Shown here one piece after another: positions 10,901-19,341 of a stretch of DNA of 64,000 nucleotides. The notes beneath the pieces were generated by a model. It saw only the letters and a list, made by a program, of their open reading frames with translations. It searched no databases and was not told the DNA's origin. The translations under genes and the position numbers were made by a program. The DNA lies in the IMG/VR virus record IMGVR_UViG_3300045988_140636. One strand, written 5' to 3'. The stretch is from a virus. The stretch's first letter is position 1; the number at the start of each line of letters is the position of its first letter.

Positions 10901-12258
10901 TCCCCATTCTTCTCATATACACTATCATTATCAAGTTGCATACCATTCTCATAGTTATCTCTCCAAGCATCAAGAAGGTAATATACACCTTCAGGCTTGT
11001 TAATAGCAATGGTTTGCATCTTGAATGTACCATCAAGCATCGTCTTTTTCTTCTGGATCCAATAGGGTACGAAATCCTTTCTGAAATCTTGATAGAATTG
11101 AGAAAATAGCGTATCATCCTCCTCAAGCAATTCTCTTACTTGAGTCACCCAAGGTTTATTCCTTTCGAGCCCCTGTATAAGAGGGATCATATCTTCAGAA
11201 GTAATCATATCTCTCAACTTGTCGATAAGAGTTGCATGAACATAATCAGCATCTAAATACCTTAGATTACCCAAATCATCTTCCTTATACATTCCTTCAT
11301 AGTCAAGCCTGGGTATTTCCCTAATAACTTTTCTAACTGCTTGAGATAAAGATTCATGGGAACTAACTTGTCTAAAGTTAGTCATCCAGCCATCTTTAAA
11401 AGTCTCTTCCTTATTATAATCATCAGCTTGCTCATCAAGCTCACTGTATCCTTCAGGAGTATCATCATTTAAGTTAGCATCTTTAGGAGCACTATAGTTC
11501 AAGTCAATTCTAACTCCTTCTGTCATTACGAGTAATGTGCTAGCTTCTTCTGCCAAAGGTTTAAAGTTATCAACAACTTTTCTATAAGCTTGTTCCTTAT
11601 ATACAGCTTTTCTTCTTGCAGCATCCAATTTTTGTTCATCAGAGAATCTTTCAGATTCATCTATAACACCCTCATCAATTAATGTCTGCTCTCTTGCATT
11701 TATTGCCCCAAGTTCAATTTGTACTCTATTCTCTTCTGTATCGTTGATATAGGATTGAAATATATCCAATACTCTGTCAAATAATCCAGCAGGGGTGTAT
11801 TTCTTTATGGCATCAAATCTATTAAGGGAGCTTAACTCCATCTGTAATTGTAATCTTTCTTCATCAGAAGCTGTATCCATTCTCTTATTAAGAGAATCAT
11901 TCATTTCCTGTAGTGCTTTATCTACCTCATTACTAAAGAATCTAGCAATAAGGCTTACTCTATCTCTTCTAGTTCTTGGGTCAAAGTCTAAATCAACCTT
12001 AGCTTGCTCTTCAATAGAAGAGATCTTAGGAGTGTCAAATGAAGTAGATAATGCTTCATCAAGCATTTCTATTGTATCTGCACTTCTGAGTTTAAATCTG
12101 AAATCATTAAGTTCCTTTGCAGAAGGATACTCTTCAATAGATTTATTATTCTCTTTTTGCCATAAAGCTACAAGGCCCTTTACAGATTCTTCTGTCTCAC
12201 CTTGTAACTTCTCAGTTAAGTGCCTAATCTCTTTAGTTGCTACTAAACAATTATTCAT
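7909..12258 (-). CDS. virion RNA polymerase-like protein, upstream exon (1449 aa); the annotated TAA stop is the first three nt of the intron
   Basis: Giant ORF ending ...LIGYRV then TAA; GAGTT exon end pairs with the intron IGS; contiguous with the DFDVD-containing ORF across the intron. Confidence 0.5.
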
Positions 12259-12479
12259 ATAATATACTTGTTAAATAAAAACAATAGCAAAGGTAAGTAT
12301 TTATCCTTAATAAACCAAGGTATTAAGTGTGAAAGTTGTCATTAATTAATTTGATTACTAATTATAGTATGAAGAAATAAGAGATCAATTTATATATTTA
12401 CATCTAACCTCTTAAGATACTTATATCAATCCACTTTACTAGAATAAGGTAACATTTTGAATTCTTATTTGACTTTAAG

Positions 12480-12526
12480 AGAAAAAAAATTACTAAGGGA
12501 GTAACAGGATTTCTCCGTTACTCCCA
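12480..12526 (-). terminator. intrinsic terminator (GGGAGTAAC/GTTACTCCC hairpin followed by a U-run on the minus strand)
   Basis: 9-bp perfect stem 12498-12506/12517-12525; T8 run on the minus strand; between gene 12567..13193 and the RNAP block. Confidence 0.55.
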
Positions 12527-12566
12527 TTTGAAAACTTTCTAACATGGTCAAGAAGAGGTGTAAAGA

Positions 12567-13193
12567 TTACTCTACCACATATTTTACTCCATTATAAATG
12601 AGATGTGAAATCGTATTTATATTTACATATCTCTCTCCGGTCTCTTTCTCTGTTCTTTTAATGTCCATATCCATACATTTATATTTACCATCTCTTGAAA
12701 CGAATTGCATCTTGTAACCTCTTAGTACTCTATCCTCTCCTTCAATATAATCCTTTACAGGATTGTTTTGAATGAATTCTAGAGCTTCCTTGTAGGCTAC
12801 AGCCATGGATTTCTTTTGTCTTTTAGCTTTATCTATTAACGCAATAGCCTCAGCTCTTTGAGATTCTCTCTCAGACTCAAACTGTTTCTTAGCCTTAGCC
12901 TTGTCTTGTTTCTTGAAGACCACAGTGAATACCTCAGAGGACTTAATACCTTCAAAGATAGTTCTTATACCCGGAGTACCATCTTTCTTATCTTCCTTAG
13001 TAACCTTTACTTCTTTTTCATACTGGTCAGAAGTATTGAGCATATCATAAATATATGCATTGCTCAGACTTACAGTCTTACCACTCTCAAGATGTTCAAA
13101 TACAACACTATCCTTCTTTATTTCTTTTACAATGTAATGAGACTCTTCTGAGAAGACGTCACCTACTTCAATTTCTGTAAGATTTATTTTCAT
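12567..13193 (-). CDS. hypothetical protein (208 aa, Lys/Glu-rich C-terminal half)
   Basis: ORF in tight operon spacing with 13206..13958. Confidence 0.45.
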   Translation of the reverse strand: MKINLTEIEVGDVFSEESHYIVKEIKKDSVVFEHLESGKTVSLSNAYIYDMLNTSDQYEKEVKVTKEDKKDGTPGIRTIFEGIKSSEVFTVVFKKQDKAKAKKQFESERESQRAEAIALIDKAKRQKKSMAVAYKEALEFIQNNPVKDYIEGEDRVLRGYKMQFVSRDGKYKCMDMDIKRTEKETGERYVNINTISHLIYNGVKYVVE

Positions 13194-13205
13194 GTTTTTA
13201 TTATT

Positions 13206-13958
13206 TTAGTATATTATTTCTTTTAAATAAGCTGCATATACAGCAGTCATTTCAATATCACCACTTGCTTCAAAGCTATCCATAGTAGTCTTATAAAGAC
13301 CTCTTGTCTTTTCCCCTCCTCTTGCTAATGCAGCAGCTTCGACCAGCTGTGAAGTCTTTGAGCTTGTGCTGAATGGAACACTCACACCTTTAGTAATACT
13401 TGAGAGTTCCTTATACCACGTAGCTCCTATAGTTAAGGTATCAAACTTGATTCCTTTTTCAGCAGCTTTTTTAGCTTCCTCTCTCCAATCAATTTGATTA
13501 TTAATCACTTTATCTCCATAATTATATCCCACTTCATGTGGTGATGCATCTGCAATGAGAAGAACTGCTTTGATAGAACCTTCTCTCCAGTTAGTTTCCT
13601 CTACTATCTTCTTGATAACAAGTTCATAGAATTCATCTGAATCACCTCCATATGTGTTTTCGACACTATTAATAAACTCTATAAGTGTAGCCTCATTATT
13701 AGTAAGCTCACATACTTGATACGCCTTACCAAATACATCTTTTCTTGGCATATCAAAATAATCACCAAAGGCCACTACTCCTATCTTCAAGTTAGGATTC
13801 TGCTTAAGAAGTTTAGGAATCAGTTCCTTTACATATAACTTAACTGCATTGATGTAAGCCCTCATAGAGCCAGTAGTATCAAATGCAATCACCATATCAA
13901 GCACACCATCATTTAAAGGTGATTTTGTATCTTTTTTCTTAACTAAATTCGTTCTCAT
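13206..13958 (-). CDS. von Willebrand factor A (vWA) domain protein
   Basis: MIDAS-like DTTGSM (DxSxS-type) motif near N-terminus of a Rossmann-like alternating pattern. Confidence 0.5.
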   Translation of the reverse strand: MRTNLVKKKDTKSPLNDGVLDMVIAFDTTGSMRAYINAVKLYVKELIPKLLKQNPNLKIGVVAFGDYFDMPRKDVFGKAYQVCELTNNEATLIEFINSVENTYGGDSDEFYELVIKKIVEETNWREGSIKAVLLIADASPHEVGYNYGDKVINNQIDWREEAKKAAEKGIKFDTLTIGATWYKELSSITKGVSVPFSTSSKTSQLVEAAALARGGEKTRGLYKTTMDSFEASGDIEMTAVYAAYLKEIIY

Positions 13959-14133
13959 ATTCTTTTTCTACTAAATACATTTCATCATTTTCAGCATCAT
14001 ATGCGACAGCAGAGTTATAGGGAGTAAACTTGTGAGCCCAACAGAATTGAACAAAATTAAAAATATTTGAAAAGCAGAATATTTTAGGATTATCCTGCAG
14101 CCAGGCTTCTCTTAATTTATCTATATTCATCAT
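13939..14133 (-). CDS. hypothetical small protein
   Basis: Overlapping start/stop with neighbours. Confidence 0.3.
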   Translation of the reverse strand: MMNIDKLREAWLQDNPKIFCFSNIFNFVQFCWAHKFTPYNSAVAYDAENDEMYLVEKEYENEFS

Positions 14134-14966
14134 ACCAGTCCTCTTTTAATAAATTCTTGTCTTAATGGCTCTATTAGTTCTACTACAGTAGGATGAGGAT
14201 TACCTGTTCTAGCTATTTCACTTCTTAAATCAAAGAAATGTTTGTAGTCAGAAATAAATCCAGTCATAATAATTTCTGCTTTAGTCCCCTGAATTAAGAA
14301 ATATGCAGCTTGTTGAGGTTGCCACCCTTTCTTAATCCACTTGAAATATAAAGACTCAATAACTCTTAAATCTTCTTCAAATTCTAATTCCTCTTCTTCT
14401 TTTAACCATATAGGAGTAGCGAATGATATACTGGAGCCAAATTTTTGCTTCATATAATTACAGAACCGAGTGGACTCAATAGCCCAGGAGAATACCCTAT
14501 GCCTTGTAATATCTTTATAGAAGTGAATATCAGATACATATCTTACACAGACTCTCTTCTCATGGTACTCTGTAGGCTCACAGATATACTGCAAGTCACC
14601 AAGCCAATCATTTTCTACTAACACTCTGAGATTAGTAGTAACAGCTACTCTCCTCTGACCATTAACTTCACATACCTTGAATCCTTTTGAATAAGGATTC
14701 TTAGTATATTTACCCCAGCCATTAGCTTCTATAGGTATTATAGTCTCCATAGGCATAGCTAGATACACTGTACCATGCTCCAACATAGCACCATGACCAG
14801 ACTTAATCATTCTATCTACAAATGGCTTGGCTGAGTTCTCTGTAATCTTATCTTCAGACTTATAACAGGTTCTTCCAGCTCTTTCTATGGCTTTGTATAT
14901 TCCATCTATCCCAGATTCCTGTTCTAAGATTTCCCATGAAGGTTTAATTAATTCCATATACAACAA
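14130..14966 (-). CDS. thyX: flavin-dependent thymidylate synthase ThyX
   Basis: ThyX signature RHRx7S: ITRHRVFSWAIESTRF; length 278 aa. Confidence 0.85.
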   Translation of the reverse strand: MLYMELIKPSWEILEQESGIDGIYKAIERAGRTCYKSEDKITENSAKPFVDRMIKSGHGAMLEHGTVYLAMPMETIIPIEANGWGKYTKNPYSKGFKVCEVNGQRRVAVTTNLRVLVENDWLGDLQYICEPTEYHEKRVCVRYVSDIHFYKDITRHRVFSWAIESTRFCNYMKQKFGSSISFATPIWLKEEEELEFEEDLRVIESLYFKWIKKGWQPQQAAYFLIQGTKAEIIMTGFISDYKHFFDLRSEIARTGNPHPTVVELIEPLRQEFIKRGLV

Positions 14967-15212
14967 TTATTGATAAATAAATTCTACTAGCTTCTCCTTT
15001 GATACCATTCCAGACAACTTTCTTAAAAGATTACCTTCATTGTCTGTAATTAATAGTGTAGGGAGTGATTTAATATTATATTTGAGAGAGAGTCCTTCTC
15101 CATCCATAGAGTCTATATTAACACTTTCATGTTCAATATTACACTCTTTCAATAACTTTTCTAACTCTTTACATGGTCCACACCAATCAGCATATATCTT
15201 TATTACTTTCAT
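14967..15212 (-). CDS. thioredoxin-like small redoxin (WCGPC)
   Basis: WCGPCK active-site motif, 81 aa. Confidence 0.8.
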   Translation of the reverse strand: MKVIKIYADWCGPCKELEKLLKECNIEHESVNIDSMDGEGLSLKYNIKSLPTLLITDNEGNLLRKLSGMVSKEKLVEFIYQ

Positions 15213-15657
15213 CTATCTCCTCCTCTTCTGCAATATCCTCTATTTCCATACAATCTTCACACCAGTATTCATTATTTGCCCAATCTTCCTGTGCAAATTC
15301 TAAAGTATTAGCATCTACCCATGCATGCTTCAGAATATTTGTACCTCCACAATTATTACAATGTAAAGGTCTTACATTATCTTTACAGTTTCTCTCTTTT
15401 AGAGATTTTAATATTAACTCCCTAGGTTCTTCATCTTCCCATTTTACTTCCGGGAACATATTACCATCAATCTCAGAACAATGAAAAGTCCCGTCCATTA
15501 CCCACCAAGAATTTTCTAATTTCTTTGGCTTCTTATCGAATATGAACAAACTGCCATATTTATCTCTTGCTATCCACATAACTTTATTCTTTTTTTTAAT
15601 AATTTCATCACTAATAAAAGCAATAAAAATTTCTTCATATTTACTCCTCCCACTCAA
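15187..15657 (-). CDS. hypothetical Cys-rich (zinc-ribbon-like) protein
   Basis: HCNNCGG...CEDC cysteine pairs. Confidence 0.4.
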   Translation of the reverse strand: MSGRSKYEEIFIAFISDEIIKKKNKVMWIARDKYGSLFIFDKKPKKLENSWWVMDGTFHCSEIDGNMFPEVKWEDEEPRELILKSLKERNCKDNVRPLHCNNCGGTNILKHAWVDANTLEFAQEDWANNEYWCEDCMEIEDIAEEEEIDESNKDIC

Positions 15658-16375
15658 TTTTAGTTGTATTGATATAATTTCCCAGTGATTTTGTTATCCC
15701 TTGTATTGCTTCTTCTTTTGAAGGAAAAATAGTATTACTACTATATCTATCACCTACTCTTGGATTAGTGTATATATTTACATATCCCTCTTTCTTTTCG
15801 ATAAGCATCATAAGGTCAGTACCCTGTGTTTCATAAATTCTGGCTTTTCCATCTTTATCACATGCACTAATCATTTCTTCACCATTCTCATATTCTATAA
15901 GAGCAACAATGGGATATTCCCAGTTTCTATCAAAGCAAATAATCCTTGCCTTTCTACCATCACGAGTACATACTGGCTTGCCATCTTTGGCTGCTTCAAG
16001 GTCAAAGGGTTTAAGATTTAATTTCTTTTCTTCCATATCTTCTTTGTTTTGTTTGATTTCTATTGCTATTCTTCCATTTTGACAATCCATCATAACTACA
16101 TGTCTATTGTCATCGTAGATATAACTTGCATTTGCAAGGATGTATTCTTGGACTATTATGATACCCATACCTCGAATAAAGTATTCGTAAGGCTCTCCTA
16201 CCTTTTCAAGTTTCTTGAATATGACATTCTTCTTATCACTTCTACATGTACAATGCGGATTATTAGCAATGCAAATATTCTTATCATAAAAGGCACATTT
16301 ATAACATCCTGTTCCTTCCACGCACTGATACCACTCACCGTTGTACTCAAATATTTCTCCTACTTGTCTTTCCAT
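15641..16375 (-). CDS. hypothetical Cys-rich protein
   Basis: CYKCAFYDKNICIANNPHCTC cluster near N-terminus. Confidence 0.4.
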   Translation of the reverse strand: MERQVGEIFEYNGEWYQCVEGTGCYKCAFYDKNICIANNPHCTCRSDKKNVIFKKLEKVGEPYEYFIRGMGIIIVQEYILANASYIYDDNRHVVMMDCQNGRIAIEIKQNKEDMEEKKLNLKPFDLEAAKDGKPVCTRDGRKARIICFDRNWEYPIVALIEYENGEEMISACDKDGKARIYETQGTDLMMLIEKKEGYVNIYTNPRVGDRYSSNTIFPSKEEAIQGITKSLGNYINTTKIEWEE

Positions 16376-16472
16376 ATCTTTATCCTTTCATTCGTCCTAA
16401 AAATTCCAAGTACAGCACATTATGTACTTCACCTGTCGATTTAATTTTTGCTTTCATTTCTTTATTATATCA

Positions 16473-16784
16473 TCAACATTTCTTAATTTCTACTTCTAGA
16501 CTATCTACCTTCCACTCATTTAAATTACCTTTATCTGGTAGTATAATTTGGTCTCTTACTGCTCCTTCTATATCACACTCTGAGTAGTCTATATCTTCGA
16601 AGTAATCCCCATCTTCATCTACTCCTGAATCCACTATTGTATAGTCATCTACCCATATCGACACTATCTTACTTAATGTTATAATAGCTTCAACCTCAAT
16701 TTTCCTACTTGAATTTGATTTCATATTCCATGGGGAATGATCATTATGTTCCACTCCTTCTGGATAATATCCACTTTCAGTCAT
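16473..16784 (-). CDS. possible HicB-like antitoxin partner (acidic, 103 aa)
   Basis: Immediately downstream of and overlapping the HicA-like gene by 8 nt; no sequence motif recognised. Confidence 0.3.
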   Translation of the reverse strand: MTESGYYPEGVEHNDHSPWNMKSNSSRKIEVEAIITLSKIVSIWVDDYTIVDSGVDEDGDYFEDIDYSECDIEGAVRDQIILPDKGNLNEWKVDSLEVEIKKC

Positions 16785-16989
16785 TTCTTCTTTTCTTTAG
16801 GTTCGTATCTAGGTTATTCTCCTTAATCAACCTCCTAATAATCACGTCCTTAATGTTCTTCGGGATGCTGATATGCCTCCCTTCACTATTTATGTAAATA
16901 GAATGGCTTCCATTACATCTATCATAATAGAAGCCATTACTCTCTACCATTTTAATAAATTCTCTCCTTGTATATTGTTTTCTTTGCAT
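16777..16989 (-). CDS. hicA: HicA-like (YcfA family) mRNA interferase toxin homologue
   Basis: REFIKMVESNGFYYDRCNGSHSIYINSEGRHISIPKNIKDVIIRRLIKENNL matches the HicA pattern ...G...GSH..Y.......ISIP.H...K.V..I....L; 70 aa. Confidence 0.55.
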   Translation of the reverse strand: MQRKQYTRREFIKMVESNGFYYDRCNGSHSIYINSEGRHISIPKNIKDVIIRRLIKENNLDTNLKKRRND

Positions 16990-17005
16990 GGAATCTTTTT
17001 AAAAT

Positions 17006-17419
17006 CTACAAAATTCCTCTCATCTTTAGTAAAATCTCTACTCCATTCCAATCCACATAGGGTAATGTACTATATTCATCATGCTTTAGTGGTATCCCAA
17101 GAGCACTATCATCTATATAAATATGTGCAAATATCTTTTTAGAGGAAGTCCAATTATGTTGGGTAGGATTTTCATTGACACCATATAGAGGAATCTCGTT
17201 TTTACGAAACCAATCAATAGCTTCCTGAAGAGTATCCACAAGTCTAACACCCTCATTGGTAACACATTTATTGTTACAGTGACTCCTCATAGTATATAAG
17301 ATAATTTGATGTTCTTTCTCTACTAGTTTTCTCAATACAGGTATTGCACCTATATCTTTACCTATTTTAGGGAACTCATGAGTTACACAAGTTCCATCAA
17401 AATCTACTGCTATTACCAT
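17006..17419 (-). CDS. HAD-superfamily hydrolase (possible nucleotidase/phosphatase)
   Basis: HAD motif I VDFDGT near N-terminus and IYIDDS (motif IV-like) near C-terminus. Confidence 0.5.
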   Translation of the reverse strand: MVIAVDFDGTCVTHEFPKIGKDIGAIPVLRKLVEKEHQIILYTMRSHCNNKCVTNEGVRLVDTLQEAIDWFRKNEIPLYGVNENPTQHNWTSSKKIFAHIYIDDSALGIPLKHDEYSTLPYVDWNGVEILLKMRGIL

Positions 17420-17719
17420 CTACTTCCCTCCTTCGTTACTAGTTAGATATTCTATTTCAAATTCAGATTTAGGAATCTCAAAGCAACAGTGAGTCCCAAA
17501 TTCAACCCATCTTAGTTTATATCCCAAGGATTCAAGCCTTCTAGATAAAGGTGCTTTAGTACTAATGATATTCACAAACTTATTATTTCCCATATAGTTT
17601 AATCCATTATTTCCTGTACCGTAGGCTTTCCCTATCTTAGACAAATTAGGTCTACCAGGCTTATAGTAAAGCCCAGTAGCCTTGTGTTTTATTCTATACG
17701 GAATCATTACCAGTTTCAT
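17420..17719 (-). CDS. hypothetical protein
   Basis: ORF in operon spacing. Confidence 0.35.
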   Translation of the reverse strand: MKLVMIPYRIKHKATGLYYKPGRPNLSKIGKAYGTGNNGLNYMGNNKFVNIISTKAPLSRRLESLGYKLRWVEFGTHCCFEIPKSEFEIEYLTSNEGGK

Positions 17720-18122
17720 TTTTATCCAACCACATCACAGTCATTATACAATATGAAGCTAAATCAAGAAGAGTGTCTCTGATAGACTCATCTTTAACCA
17801 TAGCCTTCTTGTTAATTAATGATTCTAGTCTATTCATCTTATCTCCCATTCTTACCAGACCTGCTATAAGTCCAAACTTATTGAGAGAGCAATCAAAGGA
17901 ATTACCATAATCATGGTTCTTAGCTGCATAAACTTTAGCCATATTGGTAGTTATATCCATAAAGGAATCTACACTACTGTCCAGTTCCGGTCTTTGTCCT
18001 AAAATTTTCAGTTCATTCATTACAGATCTTATGGGATCTAAAGCCTCTATAGATACTCCTGCCCTTATAGCATTTTCAAGTTTATCTATAAGATCTTTAT
18101 ACACTTTATTAATTTTTACCAT
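17694..18122 (-). CDS. hypothetical alpha-helical protein, possibly a MazG-like NTP pyrophosphatase
   Basis: KNHDYGNSF...GL.G...R..DK..R pattern; weak family recall only. Confidence 0.25.
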   Translation of the reverse strand: MVKINKVYKDLIDKLENAIRAGVSIEALDPIRSVMNELKILGQRPELDSSVDSFMDITTNMAKVYAAKNHDYGNSFDCSLNKFGLIAGLVRMGDKMNRLESLINKKAMVKDESIRDTLLDLASYCIMTVMWLDKNETGNDSV

Positions 18123-18159
18123 TTCCTTAATTTATTTTTTTTTTACTATATTATCTTAA

Positions 18160-18477
18160 TTAATGAACCCAGTAGGTTGGAAGAGGACCATTGTCATCAA
18201 GATATTCTCTATAGCTCTTTGGTAAGTCCTTTATTTTATAAGACTGATTAGTTCTGATATTTACTAGAACATCTTCTCCCATAGAGGCTATAACATCGCC
18301 CTTAACCATGATCTTCTCTCCATTAAATTCAAAGTCTCCTATACATAATTTATGTCTGGACACGTCTACATCCAACTTTACCCTGTGAACAAAATATGCT
18401 CCAGCTTTAACCATTATATCATATAGTACTTTAGCTATATCTTCCGCTATCTCTTCTGGAGCTTCACAGTTGATTTC
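18160..18477 (-). CDS. DNA polymerase I (family A), exon 2, encoding EINCEAPEE... to the C-terminus
   Basis: Aligns to the Pol I post-motif-C region (Taq HDELVLEAPKERAEAVARLAKEVMEG versus YDEINCEAPEEIAEDIAKVLYDIMVKAG); preceded by omega-G at 18478. Confidence 0.8.
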   Translation of the reverse strand, partial: EINCEAPEEIAEDIAKVLYDIMVKAGAYFVHRVKLDVDVSRHKLCIGDFEFNGEKIMVKGDVIASMGEDVLVNIRTNQSYKIKDLPKSYREYLDDNGPLPTYWVH

Positions 18478-19341
18478 CACATATGTTACGAATATGTCGA
18501 TTCCACATATTCTCTTTAGATTTCTCTAAAGGTCGGACTATATCTTATAAAAATCTCCACATATAGGCTAGTTGCCCATTGGTTAGATTTCTATCAGTGC
18601 TTTTCAGCTGCTCTTGCAGCTTACTCCATTTCTGGATAGTCTCTGAACTCCATAATTTATAAGAGTAACAATTAATAGGATATTTAGCTAATATAGAATG
18701 AATAATATAGGCTCCCTCATATTTATTTATTCCTAAATAATATAATGGTCTGCTATGATTATTATCTACTCTTACTTTAGCTTTTACTCCTATACTCTCA
18801 AAGAAAGGAATAAATACATTTTCTTGAATATTCAGAGAAAATTTCTGAGTATTAAGGTTGTAATATAAGTCCCTCTTATGAAGGCTCCCATCATCATAGA
18901 ACCACAATGCTAAACCTAACTCATCAAGATTACTCACTACTTCTTCTATAGGGAGTTCCTTGATTAATTTAAGTGAAAACCAAGCTCCTCCATAATAAGT
19001 ATATATGGGAGTTTGGTTATAACCATTGCTGTCTACATGATTTATTTTGCCTTTACCAATTAATTGTTTTTTATACTCTAAGTATTCCTTATGCTTACAA
19101 TTGGATGTATATATAGTACTACCACTATTAGTAGTAGATATGCAACCATCCCCTAATATAGCAGTAAGAAAAACCTGAGTTTGCTCTCTTGTAAAATCAT
19201 AAAGCTGCTTATTGCCTATTTCTCTTAAGTTACTTAAAATCATATTTAATACTTTTACTAGTTTATTATTACAATAATTCAGTGATTAAATCTTTAAGGG
19301 TTTCAAGCAATTAACACTGTTTTACTACAACAAAATTACTT
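18478..19341 (-). mobile_element. group I intron (864 nt) in the DNA polymerase gene with LAGLIDADG homing endonuclease
   Basis: Minus-strand P (AATTGCTTGAAAC, 19296-19308), R (GTTCAGAGACT, 18639-18649) and S (AAGATATAGTCC, 18535-18546). P9 CUUUAGAGAAAUCUAAAG and P9.1 hairpins. Exon 1 ends with U (GAT); omega-G precedes exon 2; the reading frame is continuous. Confidence 0.85.
18545..19243 (-). CDS. LAGLIDADG homing endonuclease (double-motif), intron-encoded
   Basis: LTAILGDGCIS and LALWFYDDGS motifs. Confidence 0.85.
   Translation of the reverse strand: MILSNLREIGNKQLYDFTREQTQVFLTAILGDGCISTTNSGSTIYTSNCKHKEYLEYKKQLIGKGKINHVDSNGYNQTPIYTYYGGAWFSLKLIKELPIEEVVSNLDELGLALWFYDDGSLHKRDLYYNLNTQKFSLNIQENVFIPFFESIGVKAKVRVDNNHSRPLYYLGINKYEGAYIIHSILAKYPINCYSYKLWSSETIQKWSKLQEQLKSTDRNLTNGQLAYMWRFL

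Noticed and set aside
4143-12258. Alternative reading that the 1450-aa and 973-aa ORFs are separate RNAP subunits, as in some crAss-like phages
   Set aside because: Not fully rejected. The full P/Q/R/S intron core between them, the exon-terminal U pairing with an IGS, and the GTG pseudo-start inside the S element favour an intron-split single gene. Homologue alignment is needed
18160-18480. The 106-aa ORF as an independent gene starting at ATG 18480
   Set aside because: Its sequence is the Pol I region following motif C. The G of this ATG (18478) is the predicted omega-G of the intron, so the ATG-initiated ORF is not a stand-alone gene and exon 2 begins at 18477
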